From an uncultured Christensenellaceae bacterium (GTDB taxonomy: Bacteria > Bacillota > Clostridia > Christensenellales > Borkfalkiaceae): a stretch of DNA of 64,000 nucleotides. Below are positions 35,575 to 44,806 of this stretch, one piece after another. Position 1 is the first letter of the stretch, and each line of letters starts with the position of its first letter. The stretch is from assembly GCA_910587005.1 (NCBI GenBank), contig CAJULB010000003.1, positions 103,725 through 167,724 of the forward strand, read 5' to 3'. Position numbers and translations under genes: made by a program. The notes beneath the pieces are model-generated. The model ran no database searches, was not told the origin of the DNA, and saw only the letters and a program-made list of their open reading frames with translations.

Positions 35575-37550
35575 AGAAAACCGTAAAAGATTTGACAACC
35601 GAACAAAAGCTCCGTCTTTTATGCGGAAAAGATTTTTGGCATAACGAAGACCTTAACGGAGAAATCCCCTGCCTGCATCTGACCGACGCGAGTATGGGCG
35701 TAAGAATGCCCGATGTAAAAAACGATTGGAGCGGTATTCCCTCGGTGGCGTATCCGTCCCTGCAGATGCTTGCTAATACCTGGAACATGGAAACCGTTAA
35801 AAAATATGCGGAATGTGTTGCGGACGACTGCCTTGACCGCGGCGCGGACGTAATTTTAGGCCCCGGCGTAAATATCAAGCGTAATCCGCTGTGCGGACGG
35901 AATTTCGAATATTTTTCCGAAGACCCCTATCTTGCGGGCGTTATGGCGCGCGGGTATATTTCCGCAATGCAGGCGGAGGGCGCGGGAACGTGCGTAAAGC
36001 ATTTCTGCGCAAACAATGCCGAATACAACCGTTTACAGCAGTCAAGCGAAGTTGACGAAAGGACCTTGCGTGAAATTTACTACAAGCCCTTTGAAATCGC
36101 TTTGGAGGCTAAACCGCTTTCGGTTATGTGCAGTTATAACCGCGTAAACGGCGTGTACGCTTCCGAGTACAAAAAGGGCTTCGACGTACTCAGAAAGGAG
36201 TACGGCTTCGACGGACTTATCATTTCCGACTGGGGCGCGGTAAGGGACAGAACGGCTTCGGCGAAGGCAGGGCTCGATTTGGAAATGCCGTTCAATGAAG
36301 AAAATTATAAAAAGCTTGTCCGCGACTTTGAAAACGGCGGAATAAGCGAGGAAGAAATTGACGCGTGCGCAGAGCGGGTGCTTAAATTCGCCCGTGATGG
36401 CGGCGCGCTTAAAAAGGATAAAAAGCGCAAACATTCGCTTGACGACAGAATAGCGTTTACCCGCGAATGTGCCGAGGACGCGATAGTTTTACTTAAAAAC
36501 AACGGCGTTCTGCCTTTGAAAAAGGGCAAAAGCCTTGCAATGTGCGGCTGGTATGCCCGTCCCGTGCAGCGACCCGAGCTTGTATGCGGAGGCGGTTCGG
36601 GCAAGGTTGAAAGGCTTACGCCCATGTTCGATATGCTTGAAATAATGCAGAAAAAACACGGCGGAAAAATACTTTTCGAGCCTGCCTTTTCGGACAGCGG
36701 AGTGGACGATTCGTTTATGGTTCCCAAAACGGCGGTCGATAACGCAGCTTTGTGCGATATAAATATCGTTTTTGCGGGAACGGGCGCGAATATCGAAAGC
36801 GAGGGCTTTGACAGACAGTCTATGAAACTCAGCGACGCGCAAACGCGGACGATACTCGATACGGCTTCCGTCAACGAAAATACGGTAGTAGTGCTTTTTG
36901 CGGGCGCGCCCGTGGATATGAGCGAATGGATAGACGAGGTTGCTGCGGTGCTGTACGTCGGCTTCCCCGGTGAAAAAGGGGGCGAGGCGATAGCAAACGT
37001 TCTTACGGGCAAAGTAAATCCCAGCGGTAAGCTTTCGGAAACATTCCCGCTTTCATATGAAGATACCCCGGCGTATAACGGCTATTCGGACAGCAAAATC
37101 ACCGTGTACGGCGAGGGGCTGAATACGGGATACAGATATTACGATACCTTCGGTGTGCCCGTGCTGTTTCCGTTCGGCTTCGGACTGTCTTACTCGCAGT
37201 TTGATTATAAGGACATAAAGCTTAAACAAAACGGAAAAACCGTTGAAGTCGGTTTCAAAATAGAAAACCTTTCCGATATTGACGGTAAAGAGGTTTCGCA
37301 GATTTATATAAGAGCGTTAAGCTCCTGCGTTTACCGTCCTTTCAAGGAACTTAAAGGTTTTGCAAAAACCTTTATCAAAGCAGGTCAGACCGCAAGCGTA
37401 ACGGTAAAACTCGATGAACGCGCGTTTGAATACTGGTCGGTCGCAAACGACGGTTGGCGTATCGAGGAAGGTGTTTATGAAATTATCGTCGCGGCGTCAG
37501 CGGCGGACGTTAAATTAAAAGCAAAATTAGAAATAGGAGGAAAAAAATGA
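35571..37550 (+). CDS. Glycoside hydrolase family 3 (beta-glucosidase/beta-xylosidase-like) with a C-terminal Fn3-like domain
   Basis: 'GPGVNIKRNPLCGRNFEYFSEDPYLAG', 'KHFCANN' and 'LIISDWGA' (nucleophile Asp). Start overlaps the GH42 stop. Confidence 0.88.
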   Translation: MKKTVKDLTTEQKLRLLCGKDFWHNEDLNGEIPCLHLTDASMGVRMPDVKNDWSGIPSVAYPSLQMLANTWNMETVKKYAECVADDCLDRGADVILGPGVNIKRNPLCGRNFEYFSEDPYLAGVMARGYISAMQAEGAGTCVKHFCANNAEYNRLQQSSEVDERTLREIYYKPFEIALEAKPLSVMCSYNRVNGVYASEYKKGFDVLRKEYGFDGLIISDWGAVRDRTASAKAGLDLEMPFNEENYKKLVRDFENGGISEEEIDACAERVLKFARDGGALKKDKKRKHSLDDRIAFTRECAEDAIVLLKNNGVLPLKKGKSLAMCGWYARPVQRPELVCGGGSGKVERLTPMFDMLEIMQKKHGGKILFEPAFSDSGVDDSFMVPKTAVDNAALCDINIVFAGTGANIESEGFDRQSMKLSDAQTRTILDTASVNENTVVVLFAGAPVDMSEWIDEVAAVLYVGFPGEKGGEAIANVLTGKVNPSGKLSETFPLSYEDTPAYNGYSDSKITVYGEGLNTGYRYYDTFGVPVLFPFGFGLSYSQFDYKDIKLKQNGKTVEVGFKIENLSDIDGKEVSQIYIRALSSCVYRPFKELKGFAKTFIKAGQTASVTVKLDERAFEYWSVANDGWRIEEGVYEIIVAASAADVKLKAKLEIGGKK

Positions 37551-39346
37551 AAAAATTTAGAATTGCGGCAACTCTGTTAAGTACGGTTTTCGCAATCGGC
37601 ACGGCGCCGGTTCTGCTTACCGCCTGTAACGGTCAGAACGGCGCAAAGGTTGAAGTCGTATATCATCTGAACTACGACGACGCGGGTGAAAGAAAGGTGA
37701 ATATCCCTGCAGGGTCTACCGCCGTTGACTGGAACGCTACGCGCGACGGCTTTAAGCTTAAAGACTGGTATACCGATAAAGCATGCAAAAAGGAGTACGA
37801 CTTTTCAAAAAAAGTCAACGGCAAGCTTAATCTTTATGCAGACTGGACGGTTTACGAGGGCAAAGCTGCCGTAACCTTCAACTACAATTACCCCGGTTCG
37901 CGCTCGCCGTTCACAGTAAGCGTTGACAAGGGCGGAAAGGTTGCAGAAAGATACGCGCCGACCGCCGATAAGGTAAGCAGGCTGGGAATGAAGCTTGACG
38001 GTTGGTATAAAGACGCGGACTGCACGCAGAAGTGGAATTTCGAAACCGATACCGTTTCGGGCGATACCACCCTTTACGCGGGCTACACAGTAAACAACGA
38101 TATACCGCGCAATTCAAAGGGCGAAATAATTTACGAGAACGTGCAGGTTAACTTCTGGCTTGCAAACAACGGTAAGGGGCAGGCGATATTCGCAAAGCTT
38201 GCCGAGCAGTTCAATAAGGAATACGAGGGCAAAATTCATATCAACGCTACTGCAAATCTTGCCGACCAGAAGACATTTGCTTTAAGATTGCAGTCCACCC
38301 CCGAAAAGAGCGTAAACGAGAACACGTATTACAGCGTATCCGACATTTATGCAATGGCGGGTATAGAATATTCGCTTGACGACTGGTATGAGGGCGCCGT
38401 TCGCGACAGCGTATACAAGGGCGCTTTGACTTCGGTTCCCATGCTTGCAAGCGTGCCCTACGTCGTTTACAATAAAACGCTTATGCAAAAGTATAGCGGC
38501 GGTAAGCTTCCCGCAAACTATTCCGAGCTGTCGGCGGTGCTTAAAAAGGCTTACGAGGGCGAAAAGAACAACGCGGATTTTAAATCGATTATGACGAATA
38601 CCGGCTGGACGTTCAAGGAAGCTACAAGCGCCGCAGCGTTTTTGCAGAACGGCGCGGAATATTACACCTACGACGAAGACAACGCGCTGTTTATGAGCGA
38701 CTGGAACAAGTCCGAGGTTCGTCAGGGTGCGGAAACTGCGCTTGAAAATATGTACAATCTGTTCGGCGTTAACGGCGACTGCCACGGCGGTACGGGCACC
38801 GACGGGGAATATGAAGACGCTTTGACCGTTAAAGCGGTTAAAAACGGCAATGCGCTTATGTGTCTTGTAAATTATGCTTCCAGCAACGATTTGATTAACG
38901 GTAACGAAAATCTCGGCGTTATGCCGCTTTCTAACCTGTTTACCGACAGCACCGACGCGGACGCGGCAAGAATACCCGTTCACACGTTCGGCCTTGCGTT
39001 CTATAACGGAGCGACCAACGTATCCAACATTCAGCTTACTGCCGGCGCAGTGTTTGCGGATTATTGCAGTAAACATTCCGAAATGTTCACCGAGGAGGGC
39101 TGGTATCCCGTTCGCAAATCCTGCACCGATACCGAAAAGTTCGACGCAAAATACAAGGATTTGCTTAAACAAATCGGCAATCCCGAAAACTTCTACACGT
39201 TCAACGGCTATACGGCCGGCAAAAGAATAGTAAACACAATTTGCGCGGAAAAATTTATCGTTCCCATGCTTACGGAAAGAGAGCTTAATTTCGCTCAAAA
39301 AGCAGCCGAAATGTCCGAATCTATCGGATTTGAAATCAATAACTGA
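37547..39346 (+). CDS. Lipoprotein: two Listeria-Bacteroides (InlB B-repeat/Flg_new-like) repeats fused to an ABC solute-binding-protein-like domain
   Basis: Lipobox 'LLTAC'. Repeats 'RDGFKLKDWYTDKACKKEYDFSKKVNGKLNLYADW' and 'LGMKLDGWYKDADCTQKWNFETDTVSGDTTLYAGY'. The remainder resembles family-1 sugar-binding proteins. Confidence 0.7.
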   Translation: MKKFRIAATLLSTVFAIGTAPVLLTACNGQNGAKVEVVYHLNYDDAGERKVNIPAGSTAVDWNATRDGFKLKDWYTDKACKKEYDFSKKVNGKLNLYADWTVYEGKAAVTFNYNYPGSRSPFTVSVDKGGKVAERYAPTADKVSRLGMKLDGWYKDADCTQKWNFETDTVSGDTTLYAGYTVNNDIPRNSKGEIIYENVQVNFWLANNGKGQAIFAKLAEQFNKEYEGKIHINATANLADQKTFALRLQSTPEKSVNENTYYSVSDIYAMAGIEYSLDDWYEGAVRDSVYKGALTSVPMLASVPYVVYNKTLMQKYSGGKLPANYSELSAVLKKAYEGEKNNADFKSIMTNTGWTFKEATSAAAFLQNGAEYYTYDEDNALFMSDWNKSEVRQGAETALENMYNLFGVNGDCHGGTGTDGEYEDALTVKAVKNGNALMCLVNYASSNDLINGNENLGVMPLSNLFTDSTDADAARIPVHTFGLAFYNGATNVSNIQLTAGAVFADYCSKHSEMFTEEGWYPVRKSCTDTEKFDAKYKDLLKQIGNPENFYTFNGYTAGKRIVNTICAEKFIVPMLTERELNFAQKAAEMSESIGFEINN

Positions 39347-39356
39347 GGTGGAAAAG

Positions 39357-41360
39357 ATGAAAAAAGTATTGACCATATTAGCAGGAATTACATGCGCCGG
39401 CTGTCTGTTGGGCGGGGTAACGCTTATGACCGCCTGCAACAACTCCGCCCCCGACTATTCCGACAAAGAAAAATGGACGGTGGCTTCACCCGACGGTACG
39501 GTTAAATCGGAGATTACTATGGACTACGCGGGCAAGCTTTCCTACACAGTCAAAAAAGGCGACTTGACGGTAGTGGAAAAGTCCGCGCTGGGATTTACCA
39601 TCGAGGAGGACGATTTCCGTCTGCTGACGGTAGAGGATACCAAAACACAAAGAGTGCAGGGCGAGTACGACAATATCTCGGGCAAGCACGAAAAGGTTGC
39701 TTTCGACTGCAACGAAACGGTTGTTACGTTCAGGGGCTGGGATTTTTACCTCGATTTGACAATGCGCGCTTACGACGACGGTTACGCTTTCAGATACGGT
39801 ATAAGAGCCGTTGACGGAAGCTCGGGCACAATGACCGTCATAAGCGAGGATACCGAATTTGCCCTTCCTGAGTCAACTCTCTGGGCAATGCCCTATAAGG
39901 GAATATACGACGGAACCAATTTCTACGCTTACGAGGCAAATTACGAGCGTCTGAAATACAACGAACTTGCGGATATTTGCATATCTATGCCCGTGCTGTA
40001 TCAGGTTAAGGGCAGCGAAACGTATTCGCTTATAACCGAGTCGGGGCTTATCGGCAGCGGTTTTTACGGTTCTTTCTTACAGGAAACGGAAGAAAACGAG
40101 GGTACGGGTAAATTGCAGACGGTGCCTACGCCCGCAGGCTTTATGATTGACGATAACCGGATAAATTATCCGTTCACTTCCCCGTGGAGAATGGGCATAA
40201 CGGGCGATTTGGCTACCGTTGTAGAAAGCGAGCTTGTTGAAAAGGTGTACGACGACGCGGAATACTGGAAGCCCGACAATTACGATACGCTTTCCGCCGA
40301 AGACAAGGCAATTTACACCTACGACTGGGTGGAAACGGGCGTTACCGCATGGAACTGGCTTATCCATTTAAACGAATTTGCGCAAAACAATTACGATTTG
40401 CACAAGCGCTACGTTGACCTTGCCGAGGAAATGGGCTGGAAATACCTTATCGTAGACGGAGGCTGGAACAACGGTCTTAACGTTGAAGGCTTCATAGATT
40501 TTGTTAAAAACGCTAATTCAAGAGGCGTAAAAATCATCGTCTGGTGCAATGCTTTGACGGATTTCGGCTACGGCAGAAAGGAAATTCTCACGCAAAAGCT
40601 TGACCAGTGGAGCAGTTGGGGCGTTTCGGGTATAAAAATCGACTTCTTCGACGGTCAGAATGCGGAAAACCCTAAATTCTACGGCGAGGATACGGGCACG
40701 ATAAGCTGGTACGAAACTATTTATCAGGAATGTGCAAAGCGCAAAATGATAGTCAACTGCCACGGCTCTAATAAGCCCACGGGCGAGAGAAGAATTTACC
40801 CCAACGTTGTTAACCGCGAGGGTGTGTTGGGCAATGAAAATACGGGTATCGACGCGTCTGTTACGGTAAACCAGCTGTTTACGCGCGCTGTGGTAGGACC
40901 TACCGACTTCACGCCCGTAGTCAATCCGTTCAGCGAAGGTATGACTATGGCGCACAATATGGCGCTTGCAATTCTCTTCGAATGCGGCACTCCTTCCATG
41001 GCGGATTACGACAACACCTACTATAAAACGGAAATAAAGGATTTCTTTAAAGCAATACCCGCAAGACACGACGATACCAAATTTCTCTGCGGCGAGCTTG
41101 ACAGCCATTACGTCGGCGCGGTTCGTTCGGGCGAAAACTGGTTTGTCGGCGGGGTTAATGCCGGTTGGGAAAATACTGTTAAAATCGACTTCTCGTTCCT
41201 CGACTCCGATAAAACTTACGCGGCGGAAATATTTATCAACGACTTAACCGACTATAAAAAGGTTACAAAGATTAATATTGATATAACAAGCGAAGACGAG
41301 CAGATTTTCGATATGGTCGTTAACGGCGGATTTGCAATCCGTCTTACGCCCAAAGGCTGA
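39357..41360 (+). CDS. Glycoside hydrolase family 97 lipoprotein (alpha-glucosidase/alpha-galactosidase family)
   Basis: Lipobox 'LMTAC'. 'GIKIDFFDGQ' and 'HGSNKPTGERRIYPNVVNREGVLGNE' closely resemble the SusB-type GH97 catalytic motifs. The ATG at 39357 with a GAGGTGGAAAAG RBS is preferred over the TTG at 39330. Confidence 0.75.
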   Translation: MKKVLTILAGITCAGCLLGGVTLMTACNNSAPDYSDKEKWTVASPDGTVKSEITMDYAGKLSYTVKKGDLTVVEKSALGFTIEEDDFRLLTVEDTKTQRVQGEYDNISGKHEKVAFDCNETVVTFRGWDFYLDLTMRAYDDGYAFRYGIRAVDGSSGTMTVISEDTEFALPESTLWAMPYKGIYDGTNFYAYEANYERLKYNELADICISMPVLYQVKGSETYSLITESGLIGSGFYGSFLQETEENEGTGKLQTVPTPAGFMIDDNRINYPFTSPWRMGITGDLATVVESELVEKVYDDAEYWKPDNYDTLSAEDKAIYTYDWVETGVTAWNWLIHLNEFAQNNYDLHKRYVDLAEEMGWKYLIVDGGWNNGLNVEGFIDFVKNANSRGVKIIVWCNALTDFGYGRKEILTQKLDQWSSWGVSGIKIDFFDGQNAENPKFYGEDTGTISWYETIYQECAKRKMIVNCHGSNKPTGERRIYPNVVNREGVLGNENTGIDASVTVNQLFTRAVVGPTDFTPVVNPFSEGMTMAHNMALAILFECGTPSMADYDNTYYKTEIKDFFKAIPARHDDTKFLCGELDSHYVGAVRSGENWFVGGVNAGWENTVKIDFSFLDSDKTYAAEIFINDLTDYKKVTKINIDITSEDEQIFDMVVNGGFAIRLTPKG

Positions 41361-41392
41361 AAAAAATAAAAATTAAAAAGGTAAGGTTAAAG

Positions 41393-42823
41393 ATGAAAAA
41401 GAAATTATTAGGCGCGCTGTGCGTTTCTATGGCGATAGCAATGACGGTTCCTCTTACCGCGTGCGGTAATAAGAACACCGGCAGCGGTCCGTGGTGGTCT
41501 ACCACGGGCGAGCTGAACAAGGACGGCGACAACGTTGTTTTCGACGACGTAAGTATCCGCCTTACAACCATAGTCGGCGGCGCGGATAAAACTGCGTTCC
41601 AGCTTATTATAAATCAGTTCAATGCGGAATACAGAAACAAAATCAACGTCAATGTAACAAACGTCGGCGAGGGCGACTTCGAAACGACCGTTACGCGCCA
41701 GATTACGCAAGGCGCAAACACCGCGCCCGACCTGATTATGACGCACCAGCGTTCGATGAAATCGTTCCTCAATTATAAGGTAATTCAGCCTTACGACCTC
41801 GCAATGGAGGAAACGGGCGTTAAAATCGATTTATCGGCTTTTGCAGAGGGCGTCAACCAGTATTCCAACGTCGGCACGGAGTATCAGTTCGGCGTTCCCG
41901 TAGACGCGGCGGGTATGGTGGTCTACTACAATGCGGATTTGCTTGCGCAGTATTCCGACAAAGTGCCCGAAACGCGTACCGAGCTTATGAGCGTTTGCAA
42001 CGCTTATAAGACCGCAACGGGTAAAATGCCTATTTCGTGGGAAACAGCGGGCGACTTCTTCTGCAAATATTTAATGCCAACGGCGGTTTTGCAGAACGGC
42101 GGATATCTTTACAAGGAAGATTTATACGCGGACTGGTACGATAATCAGACGCAGCGCGGTATTTACAAGGACGCAATCTTGTCCGTACAGGAATTCCTTG
42201 ATAAGGGATATGCCGAGTTAGGCAAGGAAGAAATGTCAGGCGCTTCGAAATTCCTTAACAACGACGCAGTGTTTTACGTATCTATGCCGTGGTACCGTAC
42301 GGATATAATAAAGAACTATGCAAAACAGAATAATATCGCCGACAGCGAGGCGGAGGACAAAATAGGCGGCGCAAGTGTTTCGGGCTGGTTCGCAATGAGC
42401 AACGAAACCTCCGACAACGCAAAAAAGATATACGGCGATTCGCATATGTTCGCAATGACTAAAAAGGTTAAGGATATTAACCAGAAAGCGGCTGTCTGCG
42501 AATTTGTAAAATGGTTTACCCAAAAGGCGGACGTAGGCGCGAAGTGGGCGGAAGCGGGGCACGTAACTCTTTCCAACACGATAGCAAACTCCGACGAATA
42601 CAAAAACAACAAGTGCGTTAATACCTTCATTAATAACTGGTACCCGCATCTTGACGCGTTCACCCCGATGGGCGTTACGCCTTACTATATGGACGTATCC
42701 AAAAACCTGAGCGCACTGCTGTCCGAGGCAATCATTAACGGAAATCCCGAAAGCTTCGAGGGGCTTATAAAAGCGAAACAAAATGCTCTCAATTCCCAGA
42801 TAGACATGCTGAATATGTCGTAA
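41393..42823 (+). CDS. ABC transporter sugar-binding lipoprotein (family 1 SBP)
   Basis: Signal peptide plus lipobox 'PLTAC'. Typical size and composition, immediately upstream of two permease genes. Confidence 0.82.
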   Translation: MKKKLLGALCVSMAIAMTVPLTACGNKNTGSGPWWSTTGELNKDGDNVVFDDVSIRLTTIVGGADKTAFQLIINQFNAEYRNKINVNVTNVGEGDFETTVTRQITQGANTAPDLIMTHQRSMKSFLNYKVIQPYDLAMEETGVKIDLSAFAEGVNQYSNVGTEYQFGVPVDAAGMVVYYNADLLAQYSDKVPETRTELMSVCNAYKTATGKMPISWETAGDFFCKYLMPTAVLQNGGYLYKEDLYADWYDNQTQRGIYKDAILSVQEFLDKGYAELGKEEMSGASKFLNNDAVFYVSMPWYRTDIIKNYAKQNNIADSEAEDKIGGASVSGWFAMSNETSDNAKKIYGDSHMFAMTKKVKDINQKAAVCEFVKWFTQKADVGAKWAEAGHVTLSNTIANSDEYKNNKCVNTFINNWYPHLDAFTPMGVTPYYMDVSKNLSALLSEAIINGNPESFEGLIKAKQNALNSQIDMLNMS

Positions 42824-42839
42824 TAAACAGGAGGGAAAA

Positions 42840-43877
42840 ATGAAGTATTTTGAAAACAGCGTCAGAGACGAAAATCTGATTGCGAGAAAGCGCCAGAGAG
42901 CCAAAGAACAGGTTTCGGCGTACGCGCTGTTAACGCCGTTTATAATCATATTTATACTGTTTTCGCTTGTGCCGTTCATTATGGGCTTTGTATACGTTTT
43001 TCTCAGATACGACCCGTATGACGTAGGCGCAACGCAGTTCTACGGTTTAAAAAACTTCGAAATGCTGTTCAACAGCGATATTACGATGTCCAAAAGCTTT
43101 TGGGAATCGTTCGGCCCCGTTACCGTGTACGCGCTTTGCACCTTCCCGATAGGTACGATAGTCGCGTTTGTGCTGGCGTATTTCGTGAATATGTGCCCGC
43201 CCGGCTACAAGTTTTTCAGGGCGTGCATATATCTTCCCAGCCTTGTATCAATCTCGATTGCAGGTATTGTTTTCTGTAATATTTTCGGGCCGAGCGGTTC
43301 GGGACTTCTCAACTCTTGGTTCGGAACGGATATTGACTGGCTCGGCGGACTGCCGTTTAAGGACGACTTTTTAAGATGGGTAGTAATACTAATCGTCTGC
43401 GTATGGATGGGCGTCGGCGGCAACTTCGTCATATATTCGGGCGTACTGCGCGATATCCCCAAATCGCTTTACGAAGCGTGCGAGATGGACGGCGGCGGCA
43501 GACTGCGTAAAATTTTACACGTAACCCTTCCCGGAATGAAATCCACGCTAAGCCTTACGATGTTCGGCACGGTTGTCGGTATGCTTGGTTTATACGGTCA
43601 GCCGTATGTTTTGAACACCATAGAAAACAAGGACGTTTTCGTCGGCCCTATGATGTGGATACAAAATTACCTTATGGGCGGGCTTACCTACGCAAAGCTT
43701 ACGGGCTATATCTGCGCGGCGGCGCTTGTTCTTGGAATTATTTCGGCGGCGCTTGGGCTGATACAGCGTATAGCAATGGCGGACAGAGTTCACGGCGATA
43801 AATACGGCGTTGCCTATGCAAGGTTTGCGCAATTGAAATCGCAGAGCGAAAAATATAAAGGGGGTGCAAGTCAATGA
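42840..43877 (+). CDS. Carbohydrate ABC transporter permease (MalF/UgpA-like)
   Basis: Six TM segments and an EAA-loop region ('LYEACEMDGGGRLRKILHVTLPGMK'). Confidence 0.9.
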   Translation: MKYFENSVRDENLIARKRQRAKEQVSAYALLTPFIIIFILFSLVPFIMGFVYVFLRYDPYDVGATQFYGLKNFEMLFNSDITMSKSFWESFGPVTVYALCTFPIGTIVAFVLAYFVNMCPPGYKFFRACIYLPSLVSISIAGIVFCNIFGPSGSGLLNSWFGTDIDWLGGLPFKDDFLRWVVILIVCVWMGVGGNFVIYSGVLRDIPKSLYEACEMDGGGRLRKILHVTLPGMKSTLSLTMFGTVVGMLGLYGQPYVLNTIENKDVFVGPMMWIQNYLMGGLTYAKLTGYICAAALVLGIISAALGLIQRIAMADRVHGDKYGVAYARFAQLKSQSEKYKGGASQ

Positions 43878-44803
43878 GAAGCGTCAACACCAAAAAACGG
43901 CTGACAAAGTCGCAGATTACCGCCCGCAGGGAAAAAATAGTATCGTTTATCGTGCTTGCAATTGCGGCTTTTCTGTTTGTGTTTCCGCTGATTTATATGC
44001 TTGGAACTTCCTTTAAGTCCGAGCTGGATTTGCAGACGCACCCCGAAAAGATTTTTCCCACCCCGGGACAATGGACGCTTAAACACTATACGGGCTTTTT
44101 CATTACCGCAAGCGGAGAACTCGACAATATGCCGAAGTGGATGTTCAACTCCATCTGGAGTACGGCGGCAACGGTAGGTCTTACGCTTTTAACCGACCTT
44201 ATAGTCGCGTACGTTGTAGTGTTTCTGCGCTGGAAGGGCAAAAAAGTATTTATGAAGCTGCTTTTTGCCTGGATGGCGGCGCCCACGGTCATAGGTACCG
44301 CGCCCGGTCTTATGATTTTCCAGACGGTTAAAAACGCACTCGGCGCAAACACCTCCGCGGGAACTTACATGCTTGTATATTTCTGGCTTGTCGTTCCCGG
44401 CATTACCGGAGTATTCAACGTTATTCTTATGAATAACTTTTTCCGCACAATACCCGTCGATATAATCGAAAGCGCTAAAAGCGACGGTGCAAGCCATTTT
44501 AAAATTTTTACCAAAATAGTTTGCCCGCTTGCAAAATCCACAATGATGGTTATAGTGCTTTTCACGTTTGCGGCTTCGTGGAACAACCTGCAAGGCCCCC
44601 AGCTATTAATGGCGGGCGAAGGTCAGGCAATTCAGACGATTACCGTCGCCCTTGCCGAAAGCTACGGCGGCAGCTCGGCGTGGGGCGCGCAGGGCGTGTC
44701 TATGGCGACTGCGGTATTCTCGCTGATACCTGTTTTAATCATATTTATATTCACGCAAAACAAAATGATAGAGGGACTTGCGTCCACGGGCGTAAAGGGG
44801 TGA
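43874..44803 (+). CDS. Carbohydrate ABC transporter permease (MalG/UgpE-like)
   Basis: EAA loop 'IIESAKSDGASHFKIFTKIVCPLAK'. Start overlaps the upstream stop. Confidence 0.9.
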   Translation: MRSVNTKKRLTKSQITARREKIVSFIVLAIAAFLFVFPLIYMLGTSFKSELDLQTHPEKIFPTPGQWTLKHYTGFFITASGELDNMPKWMFNSIWSTAATVGLTLLTDLIVAYVVVFLRWKGKKVFMKLLFAWMAAPTVIGTAPGLMIFQTVKNALGANTSAGTYMLVYFWLVVPGITGVFNVILMNNFFRTIPVDIIESAKSDGASHFKIFTKIVCPLAKSTMMVIVLFTFAASWNNLQGPQLLMAGEGQAIQTITVALAESYGGSSAWGAQGVSMATAVFSLIPVLIIFIFTQNKMIEGLASTGVKG

Positions 44804-44806
44804 TTT

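Noticed and set aside
38282-39442. 386-aa minus-strand ORF
   Set aside because: It is antisense to the SBP-like lipoprotein and the GH97 start. Its composition is typical of a reverse-frame artefact (R/F/V/K-rich). There is no RBS, and the plus-strand genes are well supported.
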